DNA from: Desulfosudaceae bacterium
Lineage (GTDB): Bacteria; Desulfobacterota; Desulfobacteria; Desulfobacterales; Desulfosudaceae
DNA: 64,000 bases
Direction: 5' to 3'
Assembly (NCBI GenBank): GCA_963674745.2
Contig: CAXXDV010000003.1
Coordinates: forward strand, 1,536,001-1,600,000
In this document: positions 39,717-49,610 of the stretch, one piece after another
Layout: every line of letters starts with the position of its first letter
How positions within the stretch are numbered: position 1 is the first letter of the stretch
Notes under the pieces: model-generated
Seen by the model: only the letters and a program-made list of their open reading frames with translations
Database searches by the model: none
Told to the model about the DNA's origin: nothing
Translations under genes and position numbers: made by a program

Positions 39717-40933
39717 ATTTTCAAGGCCTCCTCAAATCGGGAAAGGATATCGTCGATTAACGGTTGATCCAGGTAAAGCCAGGGTTTGCATTGCATTACC
39801 GAATAGTCGAAACCGGCGATCATGGCCCAGATACCGTTTTCATATAGCGCCTTACACATGCTTACCGCCCCGAAAGGATTATCATATTGAAGGCCGATCA
39901 CCAGTCCGCACTGTCTGATTTCTTTTAAAAACGGATAACGGCTTTTAAGGTCGGCAAATCCCTTGCCTAAAATTGCGGCATTTTTTCTAACCGAGGCCAG
40001 GATTTCCGGATCAGAGCAGATGTCCAGAACACGGGAGGCCACATGACACCCCGGTTCTGCGCCCCCAAAAGTGGAAATATGACCGAAACCGTTTTCCGTA
40101 AGCCATCCCCCGTATTTTTTTGAAATGACGGTGGCTGAAATGGGGTAGATGCCGCCCGAGAGCCCCTTGCCCGTGACCAGAATATCCGGGATTATCCCGA
40201 ATGTTTCCACTCCCCAGAGATGCCCCGTTCGCCCCAGGCCTGTTTGTACTTCATCGGCAATATAAAGCGCGCCGTATTTATCACACAGTTTCCTGACCCC
40301 CTCGAGGTAGCCATCTTCGGGAAGCGGAAAGCCGTATGTTGCCGGTATGGTTTCCATGATGACGGCTGCTGTTTTTTCCTTCTCGAGAATCTTCTCCATT
40401 GCGGAAAGATCATTGAAGGGGACATGAATGTATTCATCTTGCGACCCCCTGCTCAGGAAAAAGTCAGCGTTTTTCGGATCCCCTACATTGCCGGAAAGGC
40501 CTGTGCTGCCGTGGTACCCCTTGTCCAGGGAAACGATTTGCCGCCTTTGTGTGGCCCACCTGGCAGTTTTTATGGCAATGTCTACGGCTTCGCTGCCGCC
40601 GGTAGCAAAGACAGTGTAGTGAAGATCTCCCGGTGTTTTCTCTGCCAGTTTCCCGGCCAAAACGGCCCTTGCTTCAGAGGCAAAATGGTGGTTCCCAATA
40701 TCTGTTTCTTCAAGTGCGGACGTTAGTATGCGGATCAGTTCCGGATGACGATGTCCCAGGTTGAAGGTGCCGCCGTTAATATGCAGGTCTATGAGCCGCT
40801 GTCCGTCAATGTCAAAAATATAGGGCCCTTCCCTTTTGCCGATTACAAGATCGATGCCGATCTGATGAAATGTATTTATTTTCCCGGGGCAAACATACTC
40901 CCTGGCCATTTTGAAAATGTCCTTTTTTTCCAT
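39704..40933 (-). CDS. Class III PLP aminotransferase (all motifs intact)
   Basis: GGSEAVD; GYHG; DEVQTGLGRTG; PDILVTGKGLSGG; HISTFGG; start MEKKD after RBS. Confidence 0.9.
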   Translation of the reverse strand: MEKKDIFKMAREYVCPGKINTFHQIGIDLVIGKREGPYIFDIDGQRLIDLHINGGTFNLGHRHPELIRILTSALEETDIGNHHFASEARAVLAGKLAEKTPGDLHYTVFATGGSEAVDIAIKTARWATQRRQIVSLDKGYHGSTGLSGNVGDPKNADFFLSRGSQDEYIHVPFNDLSAMEKILEKEKTAAVIMETIPATYGFPLPEDGYLEGVRKLCDKYGALYIADEVQTGLGRTGHLWGVETFGIIPDILVTGKGLSGGIYPISATVISKKYGGWLTENGFGHISTFGGAEPGCHVASRVLDICSDPEILASVRKNAAILGKGFADLKSRYPFLKEIRQCGLVIGLQYDNPFGAVSMCKALYENGIWAMIAGFDYSVMQCKPWLYLDQPLIDDILSRFEEALKICTP

Positions 40934-40980
40934 TGTCTTTCCTTTCCGGATGGTTACTGTCTTCAGTGCCCTAAAGTATT

Positions 40981-41122
40981 GGGCACCTCTAAAAATTGCC
41001 TTTTGGCCCGATGTCGGCGTTGTGCTCAAATTTTAATCCTCGAAATACTTCTATGTATTCCTGTGGTTAAAATTTTCACACGCCTTGACCTCGAACCAAA
41101 ATTCTAATTTTTAGAGATACCC
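40981..41122. mobile_element. MITE-like element, copy 1
   Basis: Termini gggcacctctaaaaatt / aatttttagagataccc; second copy at 44851-45000. Confidence 0.7.
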
Positions 41123-41240
41123 ATCATGTTTAACTTATTAAAAATTCTATTGCTTTATTTTATGTAACGCGTTAAATAAAACACAGGTTTTAATGGATTG
41201 CAAGATATTTTTAATACGCGTTCTAAAAAAGGTTAAAGTT

Positions 41241-41900
41241 ATGTCCACGAAAGAAAAAAGAAGGGGCCGCCCGCCCAAAAGTGACCGGCAGAAGGAAGTC
41301 ATACGACAACGGATCATCGCGAGTGCCAGAGAACTGTTTCTGGATGAGGGATTTGAAAAGGTTTCAATGAGAAAGATAGCGGTAAAGGCCCGTTGCACAC
41401 CAACCACACTCTATCACTATTTCCGCAATAAACGCCATATTCTCCATTTTCTGTGGGAGGAACTTTTTCAACAGCTTTCAGACTCATGCGTGGAAGCTGT
41501 GCAGGGATATAAGGATCCCCTTTCCCGAATCCGGCGTTTAATGACCCAATATATCCATTACTGGTTGGAAAATAAGGATCATTACAGGGTGATCTTTATG
41601 ATTGAAGACCTTTCATCACCCCCTGACGAAGACGTGAATGCGACAAGTATAATGGGTAGAATGCAGGGGTTCCAGATCCTTGTGGAGGCCATTGAACAAG
41701 GGTGCAAAGACGGACTGTTTTTTTATGATGATATGGAACTGATCTGGCAAATTCTCTCTACACATGTCCACGGGATCGTAACAAGCCTTATTACGGTGCG
41801 GGAAATTCAGTGGAGACCGGATCACGAACTCATCGAAAGCAGCATTGAGACGACTCTTCGGGGACTGGTAAATGAAGGTCATCTGCTAAAGAGATATTAA
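41241..41900 (+). CDS. TetR/AcrR family regulator (WHG-like)
   Basis: VSMRKIA...TTLYHYFRNK; HVHG; divergent from the aminotransferase operon. Confidence 0.9.
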   Translation: MSTKEKRRGRPPKSDRQKEVIRQRIIASARELFLDEGFEKVSMRKIAVKARCTPTTLYHYFRNKRHILHFLWEELFQQLSDSCVEAVQGYKDPLSRIRRLMTQYIHYWLENKDHYRVIFMIEDLSSPPDEDVNATSIMGRMQGFQILVEAIEQGCKDGLFFYDDMELIWQILSTHVHGIVTSLITVREIQWRPDHELIESSIETTLRGLVNEGHLLKRY

Positions 41901-42038
41901 AAGAGCACTGCTATCAGAATTCCGGTGCCAGTAATTCCTTAAAACCCAAGAAACCCGGCCCAAAAGGGAACATGTGAAATCCCGGGACTCCGGAATTAAC
42001 GCGTAATAATCGTTGATGGTGACAGATAGAACCCGGTT

Positions 42039-42491
42039 TTATCTGCAAAAGCCAAAATCATAGTCGCGCACCTGCGTATATCCCTCACCGGCCTTGCGGC
42101 AGATACGCCAAGTGGAATCCCAGCACGCGGCGGTGCAGTCACAATTTTTTGAGTCGTTGCCCAGGCCGACATTTTTGGTTAAAAGCTTTCGCCATACGTT
42201 ATTGGCGGCATCGTAATATTGACCCTTCAGACAGCAAGGACACAGACTACCGGTTTCAAAGGTATAGCTATCACCTGCAGAAATCGTAACAACCCCCACC
42301 CAATCTTCATTAACTAATTTATCCTTGCTTAAATTCACCTTACACTTGCTACCGGAGTCATTAATAACCGTAACCTTGTGATTGATGCCCCCGCCGGCGT
42401 TGGTTTCTCTTGGCGCGACCCACACGATCGTGACAACAGCAACTAATATTATTAATACCAAGCCGATTGTTTTTGCGTTTTTCTTGAGCAT
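42039..42491 (-). CDS. Small secreted Cys-rich 'GGGIN' family protein (paralogue 2)
   Basis: Signal peptide ending TNA, then GGGINHKVTV; ETGSLCP; ACW; RK.G.GY..VRD.DFGF. Confidence 0.8.
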   Translation of the reverse strand: MLKKNAKTIGLVLIILVAVVTIVWVAPRETNAGGGINHKVTVINDSGSKCKVNLSKDKLVNEDWVGVVTISAGDSYTFETGSLCPCCLKGQYYDAANNVWRKLLTKNVGLGNDSKNCDCTAACWDSTWRICRKAGEGYTQVRDYDFGFCR

Positions 42492-42592
42492 AATACCTCC
42501 TTTTAGTTATCTCCCTACCCCCAATATTTCATGAATTTTTCCGACAAAAGGGAATAAACATATACATAACAGTAATTCCGGTGCCAGTATAC

Positions 42593-42970
42593 CTAATTCA
42601 AAAACAATTCGGCATTTACGGATACTTCTCCATCACAGGCGATGATGCCTCTTTTTATCAAGTAAATGACACACGCCAGCATGGAGCGCTGGGCAGCCGG
42701 GTGCAGAAAATCAGGAACATCACTATATAGATCAGCTACCATCCCGGAGATGGTGTTTGGGCCTTTTGCCAGTTCATCCAATATTTGCTGCTCACGTTTT
42801 TTGCGATGTACGAGAAATGATTCGACATAGTTTTTGGTGTCCCGGATGCCGGGACCATGGGCGGGCCAGTAGTAAATGTCGTCTCTGTGCAGCAGCAGGT
42901 CCAGGCTGTTTATATAGTTTTCCATGTTTCCCGAAGGGGGGGATATGACAAAAGGTATATCACCTGTCAT
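42593..42970 (-). pseudogene. MBL-fold hydrolase with large in-frame internal deletion
   Basis: MTGDIPF joined to VISPPSGNM..Y..SL...PAHGP and a C-terminal winged helix; HxHxDH region absent. Confidence 0.65.
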
Positions 42971-43024
42971 GAACGTCTCCTGTATGGATCCCGGTTACCC
43001 ATGGACCTTTCATTCTAACCGCTG

Positions 43025-43720
43025 CTACCGCCAGGCAAAATGGGGCTGGTCATAATGATCCACCCGTTTATTTTTTCCTAAAATCGCCACTTCCCGGAAT
43101 TGATAAATCATCGCCGCTGTGGGTGCTGCAATGAAATTGTTACCAACAGGCATAATCAAAGCCGGATGATCGCTTTCGGGAATCGGCTGCAGAATGGGTG
43201 AATCCGGGCGCATGAATTCAGCCAGGGGAATACGATGAATCGACGCAACCTCTTCGGGATTGGCCGTCAGTGTAAGGCCGGTACCGCCCCATACCACGAC
43301 CGGGGAAATGGTGAATCCCGATCTCGTGCTGTAGTCATCCAGGCGCCCGATAATCCGATCTTCACCAAGCTTCAGCCCGACCTCTTCCTCAAGTTCCCTT
43401 AAGGCCGTATCTTCCGGACGTTCTCCCGCATCCATGCGGCCTCCGGGCAGTGCCCACTGGTGCGCATGTTTTCTGAGCGTTGTTGCCCTTTGCGTCAGGA
43501 TAAGGGCGGCATGACTTGCCCACGCTTCATGAAACGGGATATCATAGACTCCCGGATCATTTTGGACATCAACGACCGTAAGGGAAACCGCAGCGTTTCT
43601 GTAACCCGCTTTGTCATGCGTTCGTATGTCAAACCGTTTCAGGTTCGAAATAATCCGGTGCAGCAGGTTTTCATTGCAAATGAGCTGATTCATATGTCTT
43701 TTTGACTGGTTCGTCTTCAT
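43025..43720 (-). CDS. Nudix hydrolase (CoA pyrophosphatase-like)
   Basis: QWALPGGRMDAGE..EDTALRELEEEVG Nudix box. Confidence 0.9.
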   Translation of the reverse strand: MKTNQSKRHMNQLICNENLLHRIISNLKRFDIRTHDKAGYRNAAVSLTVVDVQNDPGVYDIPFHEAWASHAALILTQRATTLRKHAHQWALPGGRMDAGERPEDTALRELEEEVGLKLGEDRIIGRLDDYSTRSGFTISPVVVWGGTGLTLTANPEEVASIHRIPLAEFMRPDSPILQPIPESDHPALIMPVGNNFIAAPTAAMIYQFREVAILGKNKRVDHYDQPHFAWR

Positions 43721-43740
43721 TAAGAAAGTGGTAAGAAAGT

Positions 43741-43810
43741 GGGGACGCCTATGATTTTATGCGTTTCTTCAGCACTACGGGGAGAAACGCATAAAATCAT
43801 AGGCGTCCCC
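43741..43810. repeat. REP family A doublet
   Basis: ggggacgcctatgattttatgcgtttc...gaaacgcataaaatcataggcgtcccc. Confidence 0.85.
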
Positions 43811-44783
43811 TTATCCCTTTTATACTTTCTATCCATCTGGGCGTCTCTGCAAAAAACGTATCCACAATCCGTTTGAACTGATCCGGATTTTTGGCTTTTT
43901 TAATTTTTTTATAAATTTTCCCGCCGTCTTCAAATGAGCAGGAGAAATAATTCCAGTAGCCTTTCATTTTATCTAAAAGATGCGATGGGCCACTTAAAAT
44001 CATGCTGTACCGGTAAACCAGCTCATCGTGAAACTTTTTAAAAACCATCGTCTTATCCTGAATCGTATCCTTGTCCTTTTTGATTATGTCGGGAAGAAAC
44101 GGATTGGATAGTGCAAAGCGGCCGATCATCCAGCGATCGACTGTGGGAAATCTTGCAGATAGAAATCGGAATGTTTCGAGGTTTTCTATGTTGCCGTTGT
44201 ATACAACCCGGTGATCAGAAAGCTCAAGGCATTTCTCAAAAATATCGAGATCCGGTTCTCCCTCATACCGTTGTATGCCGATTCTCGGGTGAATGATAAT
44301 CTCTGAAATGGGATGGTGATTGAAAAGAGGGATCAGGTTCAGAATATCCGAACTGTTTTTCCATCCGGTACGTGTTTTTATTGACAGCCGGTTTGGAATC
44401 GCCGGGATAACTTTATCCAGAAACGAATTGATCTCTTTCGTATATGGAAGAAACCCGGAACCTCGCTTCTTTTTGGCGACGATGGGAAAGGGACAGCCGA
44501 GATTCCAGTTCACTGTGTCATATCCCAGATCGAATAAAACAGAGGCAAGCTGAATGAAGCCATCAGGATCATTGCTCAGGATCTGGGGGATAACAGGCAT
44601 GCCAGAATTGTTTTCAGGAAGTATATCCTTAATGTGGGATCTACCGATCTGCTTTGCCTTCACAGAGGCGATAAAAGGTGCAATAGCCAGATCAAATCCA
44701 GTGAAATATTCAGAGAAAAGGTTTCTGTAAAGCGAATTTGTAAATCCCTGGATTGGAGCAAGATAAAGTTTGATTTTTTTCAT
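43797..44783 (-). CDS. tRNA-dihydrouridine synthase family protein
   Basis: LAPIQG; NWNLGCP; GSGFL; SIKTR; IHPR; YNGNI; MIGR. Confidence 0.9.
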   Translation of the reverse strand: MKKIKLYLAPIQGFTNSLYRNLFSEYFTGFDLAIAPFIASVKAKQIGRSHIKDILPENNSGMPVIPQILSNDPDGFIQLASVLFDLGYDTVNWNLGCPFPIVAKKKRGSGFLPYTKEINSFLDKVIPAIPNRLSIKTRTGWKNSSDILNLIPLFNHHPISEIIIHPRIGIQRYEGEPDLDIFEKCLELSDHRVVYNGNIENLETFRFLSARFPTVDRWMIGRFALSNPFLPDIIKKDKDTIQDKTMVFKKFHDELVYRYSMILSGPSHLLDKMKGYWNYFSCSFEDGGKIYKKIKKAKNPDQFKRIVDTFFAETPRWIESIKGIRGRL

Positions 44784-44850
44784 TGGCGACTGCGAAATTC
44801 TAAACAGAATTATTCCGAAGCGTTTCGGATTTTTTCAAATAAACACTTTA

Positions 44851-45000
44851 GGGCACCTATAAAAATTGCCTTTGGGCCCGATGCCGGCGTTGTGCTCCAA
44901 TTTTAATCCTCGATAGGGCACGGCACGCCCTGCCCCTACTGCGGTTAAAATTCTCGCACGCCTTGACCTCGAACCAAAATTCTATTTTTTAGAGATACCC
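44851..45000. mobile_element. MITE-like element, copy 2, with a GTAG-type REP in its loop
   Basis: Same termini and body as 40981-41122; centre replaced by tagggcacggcacgccctgcccctac. Confidence 0.7.
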
Positions 45001-45379
45001 TTTAATCTCTGGAAAGATAAAGTAATTGATTTAAAAAGGAAAGGCAAAAGGTGGGACTCCTAATTCCATTTCCGGTTCATCAAGAGGCAAAATCTCCTGC
45101 CAGATTACGCATCGACTTAATTGTCAAATTCGGGTATAAAATAAAATTTGGGAATTTTTGGGATTACATCAGGGGAATCCCATGCCATGACGTTTCGTGG
45201 AAACCGGCCGGATGTTTTTACCTTCTGTTAATCATGATGTTCGTTGGTCCGACCCAAACCAGTGTCATGTCAATCGAAAGTGTCGCTTAAAATTTGGATG
45301 GAAGGCTAAATCCTTCCGCTACAAGTGCATTCTTATGCCGTATAAGATTACTTTAACAGACCCTGTAAAGGAGGCAAAA

Positions 45380-48300
45380 ATGTCCGTACGGTCGTATCCC
45401 AGGTCAAAGGCGGTTCTGGTTGTTGCGTTTTCAATGTTCATGTCATTATGTATTCTGATCTCCCCGGGTGTGGTTCAGGCCGAAAACACAATCCAGTGGA
45501 CCAACGGCAATACAATAACCGATTACGCCACCAGTGACGGCAACCTGGTCACCGGTCACGACAACACCATAAGCAACGACAGCGATGACAATGCGGTCAG
45601 CGGCAATAACAACACCCTCAATGACAGCGATTACAATGCAGTCAGCGGCCAAAACAACACTGTTGATGGTGACAACAATCTGGTTTCCGGAAACACCAAC
45701 AGCGTCACCGGCGACAACAACGTGGCCCTCATGGGTGCAACGGTAACGGGCGACAACCTGATCGGCATGGGGTCCGGGGCCGTTGTCTCAGGAACCGACA
45801 GCGTTGCCATAGGCAACAACGCCCGGGCCACTCACGCAAATGCCGTGGCCCTGGGCGCCGGTTCGGTGACCGGCGCGGACAACACCGTGTCTGTGGGCGC
45901 CGCCGGCAGCGAACGCCGCATCACCAATGTCGCGGCCGGCGTCGATGACACCGATGCGGTCAATGTCGGCCAGATGAACACCACCCTGGGCGGTCTCATT
46001 GATGTCAACAATACAAGCGGATACGCCGATCCTTCGGCTACCGGTGATGATTCCGTAGCCGTTGGCCCTGGCGCTGTCGCCACTGGCACTAACAGTACCG
46101 CTACCGGCGTAAGCAGCACTGCCAGCGGTGAAGACAGCACTGCCAACGGTTATGGCAGTGAAGCCAGCAGCCGACAAACTACCGCTACCGGTGCTAACAG
46201 TACCGCCAGCGGCGATCACAGCACCGCCTATGGCTCAGGCAGTACCGCCAACGGCGATCAAAGTACTGCTACCGGATATTACAGTACCGCCAGCGGCATA
46301 AACAGTTCCGCATATGGCACAGGCAGTACCGCCAGCGGCTATGCCAGCACCGCCTATGGCACAGGCAGTACCGCCAGCGGTGAGGGCAGCACCGCTATCG
46401 GCATGAATAGCAGCGCCACCGCCGAATACAGTTCCGCCTTTGGCGTAGCGAGTCAAGCCACCGGCATTAACAGTACCGCTACCGGCACCCTCAGTACGGC
46501 CAGCGGCCAATCCTCCGTGGCCCTGGGGTATAACTCCGACGACGGAGGGCAAAGCAATGTGGTTTCCGTGGGGTCAGTTGGTAACGAGCGCCGGGTTATA
46601 AATGTCGCGGCCGGGATTGATGACACCGATGCGGTCAATGTCGGGCAGATGAATACCGCCGTCGCCAACACCCTGGCTTCGGCCAACACTTATGCGGAAA
46701 CGATTGGCGCTAACACTCTTGCTTCGGCCAATGCTTATACCGATACCAGTTCGGCTAACACCCTGGCATCGGCCAATGCCTATACGGATGGCCGTATTGC
46801 CATCAACAACACGGGCGGATACGCCGATCCTTCGGCCACCGGCAGTAATTCAGTTGCCGTCGGCCCGGGCGCTTTCGCCAGCAGCGAACAAAGCACCGCC
46901 ACCGGCGCTAACAGCACGGCCGACGGTTCATATAGTTCCGCCTTTGGCACAGGCAGTACCGCCAGCGGCATAAGCAGTACCGCTATTGGTTCCTATGACG
47001 TGTTTGGCGGTTATGCCACCGCCAGCTCGAGTTATACCACCGCCATTGGAGCGGGAAGCCACGCCACCAGCTCAGGTGCCACCGCGATTGGCGTTTACAG
47101 CCAGGCCACCGATACTTTCGCCACTGCAACCGGCGTTGACAGTTGGGCCACTGGTTATTACAGCACTGCCTCGGGCGGATACAGTTTGGCAAACGGTGAT
47201 CAAAGCACTACTACCGGCGCATTCAGTCAAGCAACCGCCCAAAGCACCACCGCCAACGGCGCATACAGCGAGGCCAGCGGCGCGTACAGTTCCGCATTTG
47301 GCAACGGCAGCACCGCCAGTGGCCAATCATCCGTAGCCCTGGGGTATAACTCCTCCGACGGGGGGCAAAGTAACGTGGTTTCCGTGGGGTCGGTCGGCAA
47401 CGAGCGCCGTATTATCAATGTCACAGCCGGTGTCGATGACACCGACGCGGTCAATGTCGGCCAGATGAACACCACCGCGGCCAATACGCTTACAACAGCC
47501 AACACTTATGCGGATACGGTGGGCACCAATACCCTGACGTCAGCCAACACTTATGCAGACACGGTCGGGGCCAATACCCTTGCCTCGGCTAATGCCTATA
47601 CCGATACCAGTTCGGCCAATACCCTTTCATCAGCCAACGCCTATACGGACAGCATCGCTTTTGCTTCTGTGTCAGCATCCTATGCCTACACGGACGCGGT
47701 TGCAGCCGGCACCCTGGACTCGGCCAATACTTACACGGATACGGTCGGGGCCAGGGCCCTTGATTCGGCCAATGGTTACACCGAGAATCGTATTGCCGAT
47801 TTTGTTGATGCCGACAACACCGGCGGTTATGCCGATCCGTCGGCCACCGGCCAGGACTCCCTGGCCGTGGGGCCGGGTGCGGTGGCCTCTGCTCCCAAAA
47901 CCCTGGCCGTGGGCATTAACGCGCAAGCAACCGGAACCAACGCCATTGCCATCGGCACCGGCGCCCTGGCCACCGGTTCCGTGGCGGTGGGAACCGACGC
48001 CACTGCCTCTAACGGCGGTTCGGCGGTGGGTGATTATGCCACGGCTACGGGCACCGCCGGCGCAGTATTGGGTAGAAACGCCACCTCCACGGGTAATAAT
48101 TCCGTGGCCATCGGATCCAATTCCACGGATAACGGCGAGGCCAATGTGGTTTCGGTCGGTTCGGCTGACAGCGAAAGAAGAGTCACTCATGTAGCTGCCG
48201 GCGTGGATGCCACAGACGCCGCCAATGTATACCAGGCACAGACTTTTGCATCTAACTCGCTTGCCACAGCCAGGGCCTATACGGACGACAGGATCAACGA

Positions 48301-48535
48301 TCTTGACCAAGAGGCCCACCGGGACATTGCCGGCGCTATTGCCATGTCCAGGTCGAGCATCCCCTTAAACCCGGGAGAATCCGGCATTGCCATGGGATTC
48401 GGCAACTCGCATGGTGAAAACGCGGTGGCCGTCTCCTTCCAGCATTACACCAGGCATAATATTCACGTGAACATCGGTACCAGCCTTGCCGGCGGACGCA
48501 TCCAGACCGGCGGTGGTATTGGCTTGAAGTTTTAG
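45380..48535 (+). CDS. YadA-like trimeric autotransporter adhesin
   Basis: RBS aaggagg; signal peptide; S.A.G head repeats; VSVG...ERRITNVAAG..DTDAVNVGQ necks; ANxYTD stalk; C-terminal barrel ending GLKF. Confidence 0.9.
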   Translation: MSVRSYPRSKAVLVVAFSMFMSLCILISPGVVQAENTIQWTNGNTITDYATSDGNLVTGHDNTISNDSDDNAVSGNNNTLNDSDYNAVSGQNNTVDGDNNLVSGNTNSVTGDNNVALMGATVTGDNLIGMGSGAVVSGTDSVAIGNNARATHANAVALGAGSVTGADNTVSVGAAGSERRITNVAAGVDDTDAVNVGQMNTTLGGLIDVNNTSGYADPSATGDDSVAVGPGAVATGTNSTATGVSSTASGEDSTANGYGSEASSRQTTATGANSTASGDHSTAYGSGSTANGDQSTATGYYSTASGINSSAYGTGSTASGYASTAYGTGSTASGEGSTAIGMNSSATAEYSSAFGVASQATGINSTATGTLSTASGQSSVALGYNSDDGGQSNVVSVGSVGNERRVINVAAGIDDTDAVNVGQMNTAVANTLASANTYAETIGANTLASANAYTDTSSANTLASANAYTDGRIAINNTGGYADPSATGSNSVAVGPGAFASSEQSTATGANSTADGSYSSAFGTGSTASGISSTAIGSYDVFGGYATASSSYTTAIGAGSHATSSGATAIGVYSQATDTFATATGVDSWATGYYSTASGGYSLANGDQSTTTGAFSQATAQSTTANGAYSEASGAYSSAFGNGSTASGQSSVALGYNSSDGGQSNVVSVGSVGNERRIINVTAGVDDTDAVNVGQMNTTAANTLTTANTYADTVGTNTLTSANTYADTVGANTLASANAYTDTSSANTLSSANAYTDSIAFASVSASYAYTDAVAAGTLDSANTYTDTVGARALDSANGYTENRIADFVDADNTGGYADPSATGQDSLAVGPGAVASAPKTLAVGINAQATGTNAIAIGTGALATGSVAVGTDATASNGGSAVGDYATATGTAGAVLGRNATSTGNNSVAIGSNSTDNGEANVVSVGSADSERRVTHVAAGVDATDAANVYQAQTFASNSLATARAYTDDRINDLDQEAHRDIAGAIAMSRSSIPLNPGESGIAMGFGNSHGENAVAVSFQHYTRHNIHVNIGTSLAGGRIQTGGGIGLKF

Positions 48536-48821
48536 AATCCAACAACCGCCAACAACCGGGATCAGACCTGACGAACATGTTGATCTGATGCAATATACCC
48601 TTAAAAAACATCGAAAAATAAGGCTTAGTAAAAAAGTGGGGACGTCTATGATTTTATGCGTTTCTTCAGCACCCCCTGATGCCCCATACTACGAAAATAT
48701 ACCTAAGAAACATAACTTTATGTCAATATGTGTGGCTTTATCAAGCTTGACATGGTTATGGTTTAACCGGTAAATAAAAAAAGACAGTTAATATCATTTA
48801 GCGAAAGTATTAATACGTTTT

Positions 48822-49178
48822 ATGACACAACAGCGCAAATCCCTGTTCAAAGACAAGCTGGACCTGCCTAAAAAACCGGAAGAACGCATTGTTGCAGCGG
48901 TGGTTATCCCCATCATCCTGTATGTACTGTTTCGTGCGGAAAGGCTTTGTGCAGCATGGGAATTAAGTCAATGGTATGATATGCTGATCAAAATAGCCCT
49001 TCAGGAAGTTATTTACATCTTTTTCTCTGCATTCAGCCTGATCTTCATCTGGGCGCTGTTTTCACCCAAATGGGTTGAAGCGCTTTTAGATAAGATTTTC
49101 AGCCGCCTGGTTGCCTATTCCCTGATATTTTTTTTCGGGTGCGGCCTGTTTCTTTTGTTTCTGGAAATACAGGGCTGA
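48822..49178 (+). CDS. Small membrane hypothetical protein
   Basis: 118 aa, about three TM segments; flanked by REP-A remnants. Confidence 0.6.
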   Translation: MTQQRKSLFKDKLDLPKKPEERIVAAVVIPIILYVLFRAERLCAAWELSQWYDMLIKIALQEVIYIFFSAFSLIFIWALFSPKWVEALLDKIFSRLVAYSLIFFFGCGLFLLFLEIQG

Positions 49179-49610
49179 CAAGGAAAAAGTGGGGACGTCC
49201 CCTTATCCCCTTATCCCTCCCGTCCGGTTTATCATACAAGTCCATTTTTTCGGAAAACGGCATCTCTTTTTTTGATGAATCGAAAAATCTAAAAAAACTT
49301 TATTCTCACAACAGGTTAAACGGATGTTGTGACCTCTCGGGTCTTATGAAAGAGGACTTTGGATCTGCTCCCGGCCTTATATTATAATCCTTACTCAAGG
49401 AGATCGTTTATAATTATTAATCATATCAGGATAATATTAAATTCGGCATGTTTTTTGTATTATGACCAGCTAATTATCGGCATAACCTTGCGAAGAATGT
49501 CCGATGCCGTGAAAAAAAGATAGATTCATTAAATAATACCCATGCATTAAAGGTTAGCCATAACCTGACAAAAATTATATTAATATCAAGGAAGAAGGGG
49601 TAGTATTAAT

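Noticed and set aside
40934..41029. N-terminal extension of the third aminotransferase
   Set aside because: Runs into the MITE; RBS supports the start at 40933
45197..45379. N-terminal extension of the adhesin ORF
   Set aside because: RBS and signal peptide indicate a start at 45380; the upstream part is not protein-like
49444..49495. Sigma54 promoter before the MCP gene
   Set aside because: One candidate has GT instead of GC at -12 and the other has the wrong GG-GC spacing
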